64,000 bases of DNA, taken from Mayamaea pseudoterrestris (lineage: Eukaryota). The DNA lies in contig BROI01000013.1 of the NCBI GenBank assembly GCA_027923505.1, positions 434,001 to 498,000 of the forward strand, in the 5' to 3' direction. Shown one piece after another: positions 21,073 through 31,283 of this stretch (position 1 is its first letter; every line of letters begins with the position of its first letter). The translations under genes and the position numbers were made by a program. Below the pieces are notes generated by a model, which was not told the origin of the DNA, made no database searches, and saw only the letters and a list, made by a program, of their open reading frames with translations.

Positions 21073-22320
21073 TTACACCCGCTCCAATACGACGGCAATT
21101 CCCTGACCTCCTCCAATGCATGCAGCTCCAACATGAATGTTATTTTCCGGCTTGCGAGCAAACTCGTGCGCCAAGTGTGCCGTGATGCGACTGCCCGACG
21201 CACCCAGCGGATGTCCAAGCGAAATGGCGCCTCCCGACAAATTAGTCTTGTCCATGTCCAACCCAAGTTCCTTGGCGCATGCCAATACTTGCGCGGCAAA
21301 GGCTTCGTTAATTTCAAAACGGTCAACATCAGCTTGATTAATACCAGTCGTAGCAAGTACTTGCTGAATGGCTGGAACAGGACCAATGCCCATGGTCTTG
21401 GGGTCACATCCAGCCACGGCCCAGCCTGCGAGGCGACACAGTGGCGTCCAATTGTTTTCCAAGCAAGCTTCCTCGGATGCTAGCAAGACGGCGCCCGCGC
21501 CATCGCAAATTCCACTCGCGTTGGCCGCTGTAACGACGCCATCCTTTTTAAAGACTGGTTTCAACTTGGAAACACTCTCCATGGTTGTCTGCGGACGCGG
21601 ATGCTCATCAGTGTCAACAACAGACTCGCCCTTTTTCGTCTTGATGGTCACTGGGGCCATTTCCGAGTCAAAGACTCCAGCCTCGTGCGCTTCCGCCCAC
21701 AATCGTTGACTGCGAATGGCATACTCGTCGCACTCTTCACGCGTAATCCCATACTGCACGGCCAAATTTTCCGCCGTCATACCCATTGGCGTATTCTCCG
21801 CAAACGAGTCGGTCAAACCGTCCCACAGCAAGTCGCGCGCGTTGAAACCTTGTCCAAGCGCTACGCCCCAGCGGACTTGACTGCCGTAGACGACGAGCGG
21901 CGCGTTACTCATATGTTCCGTACCTCCAGCCAAGTACAAGGCATTCTTGTCGTTATGCTGACTAACTTGAATCGCCTTGTACGCTTGAATGAGAGTTTCA
22001 AATCCGCTGCCGCAGAGACGATTAATCGTCAGTGATGGACTGCGAATGGGCATGCCCACGCGCAAGCCAACATGCCGCGCCAAGTAGGCCGCGTCGGGAC
22101 TGCTCGGTAGTACATTGCCAAAGTAGACTTCGGAAATATGCGAGGCAGCGTCATCAGTCTTGAGGTCATGGAGCGCCGCCTGACTCGCCGTCACGCCCAA
22201 GTCTGTCGCCGTGAGCGATTTGAAGGCTCCGCCAAAGGCTCCAAAGGGGGTGCGCTTGGCGGCGACGATGAAAACGTTGCGCGCGGCGCTCGATGGGAGA
22301 ATTAAATTTGGAGATGGCAT
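21073..22320 (-). CDS. ACAA2: 3-ketoacyl-CoA thiolase (ACAA2-like, mitochondrial)
   Basis: KRTPFGAFGG, INRLCGSG, EINEAFA, GGAISLGHPLGASG, CIGGGQG. Confidence 0.93.
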   Translation of the reverse strand: MPSPNLILPSSAARNVFIVAAKRTPFGAFGGAFKSLTATDLGVTASQAALHDLKTDDAASHISEVYFGNVLPSSPDAAYLARHVGLRVGMPIRSPSLTINRLCGSGFETLIQAYKAIQVSQHNDKNALYLAGGTEHMSNAPLVVYGSQVRWGVALGQGFNARDLLWDGLTDSFAENTPMGMTAENLAVQYGITREECDEYAIRSQRLWAEAHEAGVFDSEMAPVTIKTKKGESVVDTDEHPRPQTTMESVSKLKPVFKKDGVVTAANASGICDGAGAVLLASEEACLENNWTPLCRLAGWAVAGCDPKTMGIGPVPAIQQVLATTGINQADVDRFEINEAFAAQVLACAKELGLDMDKTNLSGGAISLGHPLGASGSRITAHLAHEFARKPENNIHVGAACIGGGQGIAVVLERV

Positions 22321-22634
22321 AATGATAATGAGAGAGAATGAGTAATGTTATAGCAGACGTGAATGTGTTTGTTCAATGGCAAGAAACTGCAGTCGAGAAG
22401 AAAAAGTGTGGTCGTGCAGCAGGATCATCGTCGAACCAATGGAATTTCAGTGCCATGGTGTCATCGACGCAGGGTATCTTTGGGTCATTTGTGACGTCGA
22501 GTCACACTTTGAGTCGTCATCTTGGCGGTTTCGCCGCGCCGCCGCGCCTTTCCACTATGGCACAAGAAGAAAGGATCCATGGATCACTTGGCTCCACAAC
22601 AATCTTTCTAAATCAACAAATACATCATCAAAAC

Positions 22635-23708
22635 ATGCTTCTATCTCGCATTTCCTCGCGCAGTCGCCTTGCGTGGGCAGCAGCAAGAACTGCTCCAGCA
22701 TACAACGCTTCCTCAATGCTCCATTGTCAGCATCGCTCCATGGCAACGCTGATTCTAGCCGATCCACTTTCCGCCAACCAAATTCCATCGGGAGCCACTT
22801 GCAGCGCCGTTTCTGCCGCTCAGCAATTCAAAGATCCTGATATTTATTTACTGGTCGTCGGAGAAGCTCCTGCGCAAATTCCTCAAGGTGTCACCAAGAT
22901 GATTCACGCATCCTCGTCGAGCGCCCATCCAACCGCCGAAACGATTGCCTCCACCACTGCCCAAGTAGCTCAATCCGATTCTAATGTTCGACGCATTCTT
23001 GGAACTTCTACTAAATTTGGAGCCGCCATTGTTCCTCGCATTGCTGGACTCTTGGAATCGTCGCCCATGACGGATGTTGTGGCGATTGAAAGTAACGGAG
23101 CATCCTTTGTGCGGCCAATGTATGCTGGAAACGTTTTGACGAGAATCAAACCGAGTGCAAACGCAAGTAGTAGCAAGACATTGGTCATGTCGGTCCGACC
23201 AACCAGTTTTCCAAAGGCGGCATTGGTGGATGCTTCAAGTGTCACTACGGAACAAGTCACAGCCGAGGAGTTTGCCGGCAGCGAGTGGATCTCCGACAGT
23301 ACGGGAAGCGATGCATCCGACACAAAGATTGACTTGGCGAGCGCCACGACGGTTGTCAGTGGCGGACGCGGCATGAAGGAGACTGCCAATTTCGAGTTGC
23401 TGGCCAAACTGGCCAAAACGTTGCCCCATGGAGCCGTTGGAGCGTCGCGAGCGGCTGTGGATGCTGGCATGGCGCCCAACGATTGGCAGGTTGGACAAAC
23501 TGGAAAGGTTGTTGCACCAAACTTGTACTTTGCTGTTGGTATTTCCGGAGCGATTCAGCATATATCTGGTATGAAGGATAGCAAGGTTGTTGTCGCGATT
23601 AACAAGGATCCGGATGCGCCAATCTTTCAAGTTGCCGACTATGGACTGGTCGCAGACTTGTTTACGGCGGTTCCAGAATTAACGACCAAGCTGTCTGCAG
23701 GCGAGTAG
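22635..23708 (+). CDS. ETFA: Electron transfer flavoprotein alpha subunit
   Basis: VVSGGRG, GASRAAVDAG, QVGQTGKVVAP.LY.AVGISGAIQH, AINKDPDAPIF; Arg/Ser-rich mitochondrial presequence from ATG 22635. Confidence 0.96.
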   Translation: MLLSRISSRSRLAWAAARTAPAYNASSMLHCQHRSMATLILADPLSANQIPSGATCSAVSAAQQFKDPDIYLLVVGEAPAQIPQGVTKMIHASSSSAHPTAETIASTTAQVAQSDSNVRRILGTSTKFGAAIVPRIAGLLESSPMTDVVAIESNGASFVRPMYAGNVLTRIKPSANASSSKTLVMSVRPTSFPKAALVDASSVTTEQVTAEEFAGSEWISDSTGSDASDTKIDLASATTVVSGGRGMKETANFELLAKLAKTLPHGAVGASRAAVDAGMAPNDWQVGQTGKVVAPNLYFAVGISGAIQHISGMKDSKVVVAINKDPDAPIFQVADYGLVADLFTAVPELTTKLSAGE

Positions 23709-23797
23709 ACGAAATGGAAGCATGGAAGATTACAACATTTCGAAGTAGCAAAGTTGTAGTATCACAAACAAAACATTTAATAACAACTACTAGCCAA

Positions 23798-25708
23798 CTA
23801 GCCCAGAAAGGTGAACGTCCTCGTCTCATCGTCGGCATCCTCCACATTAACAGCATCGTCCGCTTCAGTCTCCGTGGCCCCAGGCAAAATATTTTTAATG
23901 TCGTAGTAATAGGAGACAAGTTGGTCTGGAATCTCATCCAAAACGGCTTCCGTCAAGGAGTTGAAGCTGCGATAGTCGGTAAAGCGGACAAACTTGGTAA
24001 TGTCGCGACCAGAATCCGTTGCAGGGTCAAAGTCATCAAGAAACTGCATGCCAGCAAAATCTGCTTCGCCAATACCGACAATCACCACTGAAAGCGGATC
24101 TTCGGATGCCTCCATCAATTGCTGCTTGGTTTCGCGAACGTTTTCAACATTACCAGCGGTCAAAATGAGCAGTATTGTATACGAAAGCTTGCCTTCCTGC
24201 TCGGCCACCTCCTGTTCATGCCGCGCATAGGCCGCGGCCGTTTCAATTACGGCATCAAAGCGCGTGGGGAAGCTCATGGTGAGTGGAGTGCGAAACACGC
24301 CGCGATAGGCATCCATAATGCCTTGCACGCCTTCCACTTCCACTTCGGTGCCGCACTGGAAGCAATGACGGACAACGTCACGATACTTGGCACCAAATCC
24401 CCATATTGGAAACTTTTGATCAGAGTCATACTTTGCTAAAATGGAGCCCACCGCAAAGATTGCTTTTTCGTAGTCATTCCATTCCTTGCTGTCCGACGGA
24501 TGAAAGTAGTGTGGGGTACCAGGCTGTCGAGGATCTCCATTGCTTGCCGTAAAATCAATAGCCACAGCCAAGGATATTTGACATCCGCTTGAAAGGTAGT
24601 CGACAAACTCGGGTCTCCGTCGGGTGCGGCGGGATGACTTGGACTTCTTCTTGCCATGATTGCTGCTAATCGGATTGGCGCCTCCATTGTGAGAGCTGCT
24701 TTCAACGGTGCTCGAGTCGTCTTTATCCGAAGCCTTTCCTCCGCTACCTCCAATCAATGTTGCATCCGCCACCAACACAATCCCAGTCTCATTGCCTTGC
24801 CGCATGAGCGTGAACCCAACTTCGTCACCTCCGTCCATCGCATCATCACTCAGTTTGGCTTGGGCGAATCCCTTCATGCTTGTTTCAAATTCGCCAATTA
24901 GCTTGTGCTTTCCAGTCCGTCTATGATCCCACACAATCACCTTCATGGCGCGGCTCAAATCACCATTGCAAGTGGCTTCCATGTCGAGCGTCACTTCGGT
25001 CCACAGTGGATTTAAATCTGACTTGACCACGTTACTCCTATATACTGAAATCCATGTCGCTCCCGTAGGTCGATCGACCTTGCGATATAATTCAAAAAAT
25101 GGACTGCTCGTTCGACCAAGTGTTTGCACATTTTGAAGACTCTTGGCTTGCAGCTGAAAGCTCATGACTTGCGCTCCGCCGTCCTTGCCATGACTGTGAC
25201 TAGCGCTGCTGCACCGCTCAATGTGCGCGTACACTTGTCCACCAGTCTGCAAACTCTTGCTCGCCAGATTACCTCGACTCGCCAGAATCTGACCCACTTC
25301 CAGTAGCGCCGTCCCCATGACCTTGTGCGGAAAGGTGCCCGTCCGCATCAGTTCGCGCGTGCCTGCATTCTTGGTCAAAACCGTCTGCGAGTGAAGGTCC
25401 ATGCGCGCCAGTTCCACGTCCGTCTTGCCGGTGGAGTTTGCATCGAAATCAAAGACGCCAATCTCAATGTAGTATGGGACTCCAAACTTGTAGCCGTCCA
25501 AGAATATTGTTCTCGACCATGATGGACTCAATGATTTGAAAATGACTTCTGTTTGTCCGACAATGTGCGGTTGATTGTCGGGAGAATCGCCTCGGACAGT
25601 GACAACGCAAAAGGGATGGCTCACCGTATTGCGGCCCAAGACGGACTTTTGAAGGTTTTTCAAATCCTTGGCTCGTAAATGAAGTTGAAGGCGAGTGCTT
25701 GTCGACAT
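23798..25708 (-). CDS. Copine (C2-C2-vWA)
   Basis: Two C2-like domains; VAIDFTASNGDP, YDSDQKFPIWGFGAK, PLSVVIVGIG.ADF..MQFLD, RDITKFV. Confidence 0.93.
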   Translation of the reverse strand: MSTSTRLQLHLRAKDLKNLQKSVLGRNTVSHPFCVVTVRGDSPDNQPHIVGQTEVIFKSLSPSWSRTIFLDGYKFGVPYYIEIGVFDFDANSTGKTDVELARMDLHSQTVLTKNAGTRELMRTGTFPHKVMGTALLEVGQILASRGNLASKSLQTGGQVYAHIERCSSASHSHGKDGGAQVMSFQLQAKSLQNVQTLGRTSSPFFELYRKVDRPTGATWISVYRSNVVKSDLNPLWTEVTLDMEATCNGDLSRAMKVIVWDHRRTGKHKLIGEFETSMKGFAQAKLSDDAMDGGDEVGFTLMRQGNETGIVLVADATLIGGSGGKASDKDDSSTVESSSHNGGANPISSNHGKKKSKSSRRTRRRPEFVDYLSSGCQISLAVAIDFTASNGDPRQPGTPHYFHPSDSKEWNDYEKAIFAVGSILAKYDSDQKFPIWGFGAKYRDVVRHCFQCGTEVEVEGVQGIMDAYRGVFRTPLTMSFPTRFDAVIETAAAYARHEQEVAEQEGKLSYTILLILTAGNVENVRETKQQLMEASEDPLSVVIVGIGEADFAGMQFLDDFDPATDSGRDITKFVRFTDYRSFNSLTEAVLDEIPDQLVSYYYDIKNILPGATETEADDAVNVEDADDETRTFTFLG

Positions 25709-26183
25709 GCTGGGTGACGTATTTTTTGTTCGTTGCTCAAAAAGAGGTGCTCCAACAATCAGATTTCCGTAATCGGAATTTTAACGCAAACAAGGACAAA
25801 GCGACGGCCTACAACTACTAGAGTGTCTTCCGCTACTGCTTTAATGCTGTAGATTGTTGTCGCTGCCTTGAATGACAATGGAGCGACGGTCAATCTCACA
25901 GGCTCACTGTCAAGTCATGCGAGTTGATGGTGCGAAGACGAGTGACCTTCGTCAGTCTTGTCACGTCTTGGCTCTACTATAGCCCGTGGAATCGGACAAT
26001 GTCTTTTCACAATGTCTCGTTGCGTCTTTGCGGCACTCATCTCCTTCGCTCAGAACCTGACGCGTCCCGGCCTCACACTCCATCAAGTGGTTTCTCGCAG
26101 CCACGAGGATCCGTGGTGGCAAGCAATCATCATCATCTTCCTGTTCTGCGTTCATATTCAAGTAGACGAAAGACTATAACACG

Positions 26184-29100
26184 ATGGTACGTTCACCATG
26201 AATGAGACTGGTGTGACTGCGTCGAAGAGAGATGTATATTTTTGCCGCGGATGACGGCGTCTATGTTGGCGTCGAGATGAATGACTTGATGGGACGAAAG
26301 ATTCGATCGATAGCGTGACATCGCGTCAGCCTTTACTTGGTTCTTTGAAATGGAATAGCGCCGAAAGGATAGAAATGGAGTTGCGCGAGTGAAGTGATCA
26401 AGCTTATCAAGAATAAGTCGGTGGCAATCCTGCTGGACGAGATTTGGAAGCGACGTTTGCAAGTCATGGTTGTTACCCAACGCCACTGTTCTTTCATCGG
26501 AGCGTCGCTCTATACTTCATTTATGCTGCTTCTGCAGCGCCTTTTGCTTTATCCTCGTCTTTTCGTCTGTCATTGTCATACCTCCTAACTAATCGAATCA
26601 TTCTCTTCCTTCTATTCATTTTCTCCTTGCAGGTGAACTTTTCCGTCGAACAAATGAGGTCCATCATGGACCTCAAACATAACATTCGCTCCATGAGTGT
26701 GATTGCTCACGTCGATCACGGAAAGACGACCTTGACGGACTCGCTCGTCCAAAAGGCTGGTATCATTTCCGCCAAGGCTGCCGGAGGAGCTCGCTACACG
26801 GATACCCGCGCCGATGAAGCTGAGCGCGGTATCACCATCAAGTCCACCGGAATCTCCATGTTTTTCGAGTACGACATTAAGGAAGGAACCACGGTTGATG
26901 GCCAGCTTACGGCCGAGGAGGAAGCCCAGCGTACCAAGGACATTGAAGGCAAGCTTGACGCCCAGGCCAGTGTGCAGATTACGCAAAACTCGTACTTGAT
27001 CAACTTGATTGATAGCCCCGGTCACGTTGACTTTTCGTCCGAAGTCACGGCGGCGCTTCGTGTCACGGATGGAGCCTTGGTCGTTGTTGACACGATTGAT
27101 GGCGTTTGCGTTCAGACGGAGACTGTCCTGCGTCAAGCTATTTCGGAGCGCGTCCGCCCAGTGCTCATGGTGAACAAGGTTGATCGTGCCTTGCTGGAGC
27201 TTCAGCTTCCACCGGAGGAACTTTACCAGGCATTTTGCCGTTCCATTGAGTCTGTCAATGTGATTGTCGCCACCTACAATGACGAGGCGCTTGGTGACAT
27301 TCAGGTGCATCCGACCAAGGGCACTGTCGCGTTTGGATCTGGTCTTCACCAGTGGGCCTTTACGCTCAAGCGCTTTGCCCGTGACTACGGTTCCAAGTTT
27401 GGAGTCGAGGAGAGCAAGATGATGGACAAGCTCTGGGATAATTGGTACTTTGATGCCGAACGCAAGGTTTGGACGTCAACCAACAAGGATGGAAGCTTGG
27501 AGCGTGCCTTTTGCCAGTTCATCATGACGCCCATTAGCAGTCTGTTCGAGGCCATTATGGCGGAGAAGGCTGGCAAGGTCAAGAAGATGCTCAAGGCCAT
27601 TAACGTTGAGCTCAAGGGTGACGAGAAGGAGCTTGTCGGCAAGCAGCTTTTGAAGCGTGTCATGCAAAAGTGGCTCCCGGCAGGAGATGCCGTCTTGGAG
27701 ATGATTGTGCTTCACCTTCCTTCCCCGGCACAGGCCCAAAAGTACCGTGTCGATACCCTTTACGACGGTCCTCTTGATGACAAGACAGCGACGGCCATTC
27801 GTACATGCGACACGAGTCCGGGTGCTCCATTGTGCATGTACATTTCCAAGATGGTTCCCACCTCTGACAAGGGTCGCTTTTACGCATTTGGTCGCGTCTT
27901 TTCTGGTACGGTTGCCACTGGCCAAAAGGTTCGTATCATGGGTCCCAACTACGTTCCGGGCAAGAAGACTGATCTCTGGGTCAAGAACATTCAGCGTACA
28001 GTCATCATGATGGGTCGCTACACCGAGCAGGTTGCTGACGTTCCGGCTGGTAACACTTGCGCCCTTGTTGGTGTGGATCAGTACTTGCTCAAGTCTGGAA
28101 CTCTTGCCACGGAGGAGGATGCCTGCCCCATCAAGTCGATGAAGTTTTCCGTCTCGCCGGTTGTTCGTTGCGCCGTTGAGCCCAAGAACTCTGCCGATTT
28201 GCCCAAGCTCGTTGAAGGTATGAAGCGCTTGGCCAAGTCAGACCCAATGGTTTTGTGTTACACGGAGGAATCCGGAGAGCACATTATCGCCGCGTCTGGA
28301 GAGCTGCATTTGGAAATTTGCTTGCAGGATTTGCAGAACGACTTTATGGGAACTGAAGTCAAGGTTTCGGAGCCAGTCGTCTCATTCCGTGAGACTTGCA
28401 TTGGCAAGTCTACCCAGACATGTCTCGCCAAGTCTGCCAACAAGCACAACCGTCTTTTTGTTGAAGCCGAGCCTCTCGGTGAAGAGCTTTGTAAGGCGAT
28501 TGATGACGGTGAGGTCAAGGCCGGAACTGAAGCCAAGATTTTGGGACGTCACCTTGCCGACAACTTTGGATGGGACGTTACCGAGGCTCGTAAAATTTGG
28601 GCTTTTGGACCAGAAGGAACTGGTCCCAACATGTTTGTTGATACCACCAAGGGAGTTAACTACTTGGCCGAGATTCGTGAATCGGTCGTCGGTGGTTTCG
28701 CCTGGGCGACTCAGAACGGTCCTCTTTGCGAGGAAGTCATGCGCGGTTGCCGCTTCAACTTGATGGATGTTGTCCTTCACGCTGATGCCATTCATCGTGG
28801 TATGGGACAGATCATGCCTACATCCCGTCGTGTGTGCTTTTCCTCGATGATGGCTGGAGGCCCAGGTATCCTTGAGCCGGTGTACCTCTGTAACATTTCT
28901 GTTCCGCAGGATGTCATGGGTAACGTCTACGGAGTATTGACCCGTCGTCGTGGTCACGTCTTTTCGGAGGAGCAGAAGCCAGGCACGCCCCAGATGACTC
29001 TGTTGGCGTACTTGCCGGTCATGGAGTCTTTCGGATTCACCGCTGACTTGCGTTCCAACACCGGAGGAAAGGCATTCCCGCAGAATTCGTTCGACCACTG

Positions 29101-29227
29101 GGAGCCTATGTCTGGATCACCATACACACCAGGAACCAAGACGGAAGAGGTGGTGCTCAATGTCCGCAAGCGCAAGGGTCTCAAGGAAGGTGTGCCTGAC
29201 CTCAACCATTACCTTGACAAGCTCTAA
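26184..29227 (+). CDS. EEF2: Translation elongation factor 2; exon 1 = ATG only (26184-26186), intron 26187-26632, exon 2 26633-29227
   Basis: [40 protein letters not shown]; splicing ATG|GTACGT...CTAAC...TTGCAG|GTGAAC restores the conserved MVNF start. Confidence 0.97.
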
Positions 29228-29449
29228 GGAGAGAGTAGAAGGTAACTTTAATGATAAAGCTTAAACTGATTGCAGAGGTTGTTTCCTTGTACTCGTATAT
29301 CGTAGAAGCTGTGCAGCGATGCATATGCGTCGACTAACTTACGAAACATAGACAAATATCGTACCGTTACTCCTTGTGTCACGCCCTCACAATTTCGATT
29401 GCACATCTATGAACCAAGCTTCAACTTTTTGCTGAACAAGCCAAGAAGG

Positions 29450-30508
29450 ATGAGGTATTTTGTCAAAACACGGCCAAAACTCTTGACAGCGTGGCTGATA
29501 TGCCTTGTAGCCGCTTTGGTTGATGCGTCCATCAGCAGTGGCAGAAGCAACATGCTCGGATCGAAAGGTGTCATCGGCATGCGGACGCAAAATGACAATC
29601 GACGAGGACAAGCGCAACGAAATGTATTTGGTGATCAATTATGTTCTTTGAATTTAAAGGAGAATGGCGACGATAACCAGGTCTTGCTTTGTGGCAATCC
29701 TTCTGTCGCCAAGACTCTGTTTCGTGGAGCTGCCCTTCGCATAGCATCCGACATTTCCGGAGGCACTGTCTTTGAAAGCATCAAGACTCGCGTTTCAACG
29801 ACGAAAGAGTCACCATGGGAAGCTACTAGAAACATTGTCAATAATGGTGGCATCTTGTCGCTGTGGACAGGAACTCAATCACGCATTGTCGAGGGAGCGC
29901 TCGTTGGTGCTGTTTTCATGTGGTCATCGCGAATAACAAAAGCGCAAATTGTTGGCATGGGCGCTGGTCCAGAAGTAGCAGCGCTCGTGGGAGGCTTGGT
30001 TGGTGGAGTAGCTCAAGCAATTGTCATGACTCCGGCTGGTATGGTGTTTACGAGTTTGAACTGCAACAAGGAGAAGAAGGGTTTCGAGAAGGACAATGCA
30101 ATGTCGGTGACTCGACGCATTGTCAAGGAAAAGGGTGTTCGCGGAATGTTCTACGGAGGTGGACCAATGGCATTGCGGCAAGCAAGTAACTGGGCTTCGC
30201 GTGCAGGCTTGACGGAAATTGCGAGAACGTCCTTGGGTTTGTCGCAGATGGGAATTGTCGGTGAGATTGGATCCGGGATTTTGGGCGGGCTTGGCTCTTG
30301 CTGGAATACACCTATAGAATTTGCGAGAATGAGAACGCAACGAGACGTATCGTCCGGCAAAAATTCCAAGTCCATGCTTGGGTATTGGACAGAGACCATC
30401 AATGAGGAAGGTTGGACGGGCGTCTATCGCGGCATCACTCCTCGCGCTATGCAAGCTATATGGCAAACTTGCTTTCTCGTCGTTGTTCCCAACGTGATGG
30501 GGCTATAG
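29450..30508 (+). CDS. Mitochondrial carrier family protein (Yhm2-like) with hydrophobic N-terminal extension
   Basis: Three carrier repeats; ALRQASNWASR, WNTPIE, GVYRGITPR. Confidence 0.85.
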   Translation: MRYFVKTRPKLLTAWLICLVAALVDASISSGRSNMLGSKGVIGMRTQNDNRRGQAQRNVFGDQLCSLNLKENGDDNQVLLCGNPSVAKTLFRGAALRIASDISGGTVFESIKTRVSTTKESPWEATRNIVNNGGILSLWTGTQSRIVEGALVGAVFMWSSRITKAQIVGMGAGPEVAALVGGLVGGVAQAIVMTPAGMVFTSLNCNKEKKGFEKDNAMSVTRRIVKEKGVRGMFYGGGPMALRQASNWASRAGLTEIARTSLGLSQMGIVGEIGSGILGGLGSCWNTPIEFARMRTQRDVSSGKNSKSMLGYWTETINEEGWTGVYRGITPRAMQAIWQTCFLVVVPNVMGL

Positions 30509-30571
30509 AAGTGTAGTACTATGAAACGGAAGCATGCAGTTGAGCAATAGATTACTTCATTAAAGCGAATC

Positions 30572-30928
30572 TTACATCTCCGGCAGGTACTCCCTCCAAT
30601 TAGCCGGCATTTTATGTTGCAAAGTCACTTCGCCCGTACGTGGATCTACAATGATATTACTCTTTAGTTTAATGCGCTTTTGAAGGGTCGTCTTGAGTCG
30701 CTTCTTGTGTCGGCTAATCTTCTTCTTGGGGACGGCGAACCAAAGAAAATCTTGTAAGATTGAAGATGATGTCGAACCGGGTGCTTGCTGTTGCGACACC
30801 AATGCTTCCACCATTGCAGGTTTCAGCGTTGCATTGTTCCAAAGACGAAGCGGGAATACGGGTCGTCGAGGCAGGTAGATTGAGGAAAGGGTGCGTGTTA
30901 AAAACTGAATGGTACGAAAGGCCGACAT
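30572..30928 (-). CDS. MRPL32: Mitochondrial ribosomal protein bL32m
   Basis: Presequence followed by WFAVPKKKISRHKKRLK. Confidence 0.85.
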   Translation of the reverse strand: MSAFRTIQFLTRTLSSIYLPRRPVFPLRLWNNATLKPAMVEALVSQQQAPGSTSSSILQDFLWFAVPKKKISRHKKRLKTTLQKRIKLKSNIIVDPRTGEVTLQHKMPANWREYLPEM

Positions 30929-31283
30929 TTTCTTTGTCCCTGGGTAAGGCTGCGGCCAAATCTTTCACAACTTCCAATTCTGAATCAATATCGTTAATTG
31001 TTGATAAAGAAAGTTACAGGAAGAATGCTGTAGTAACTTGTCGTCGCCTTATCAGTCTCACGTCGCGCTATAAGTGCACACCTCGATCGTGGTCAAAGCG
31101 ACGGACAAGAGTGGTGTCGCACTCAGATCCAGTGCGACTTTCAATGACGTACGAGAATCGTCGGCGCGCTCTTTGGCGCGACCATGGCACATTTATTTCT
31201 TCCTTCCTTTGCATGTTTTCGTCTCTTGCAAATTGCGTCGAGACATGCGTGCACTGCTCTAGCTATACCTTGAGCTGCTATCC

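Noticed and set aside
26187..26632. Intronic snoRNA in the long EF2 intron
   Set aside because: No RTGATGA/CTGA box pair or clear H/ACA structure seen; an Infernal/snoscan search would settle it
26612..29098. Long antisense ORFs over EF2 (and similar ones over thiolase, ETFA and the copia ORF)
   Set aside because: Shadow frames caused by codon bias of the sense gene
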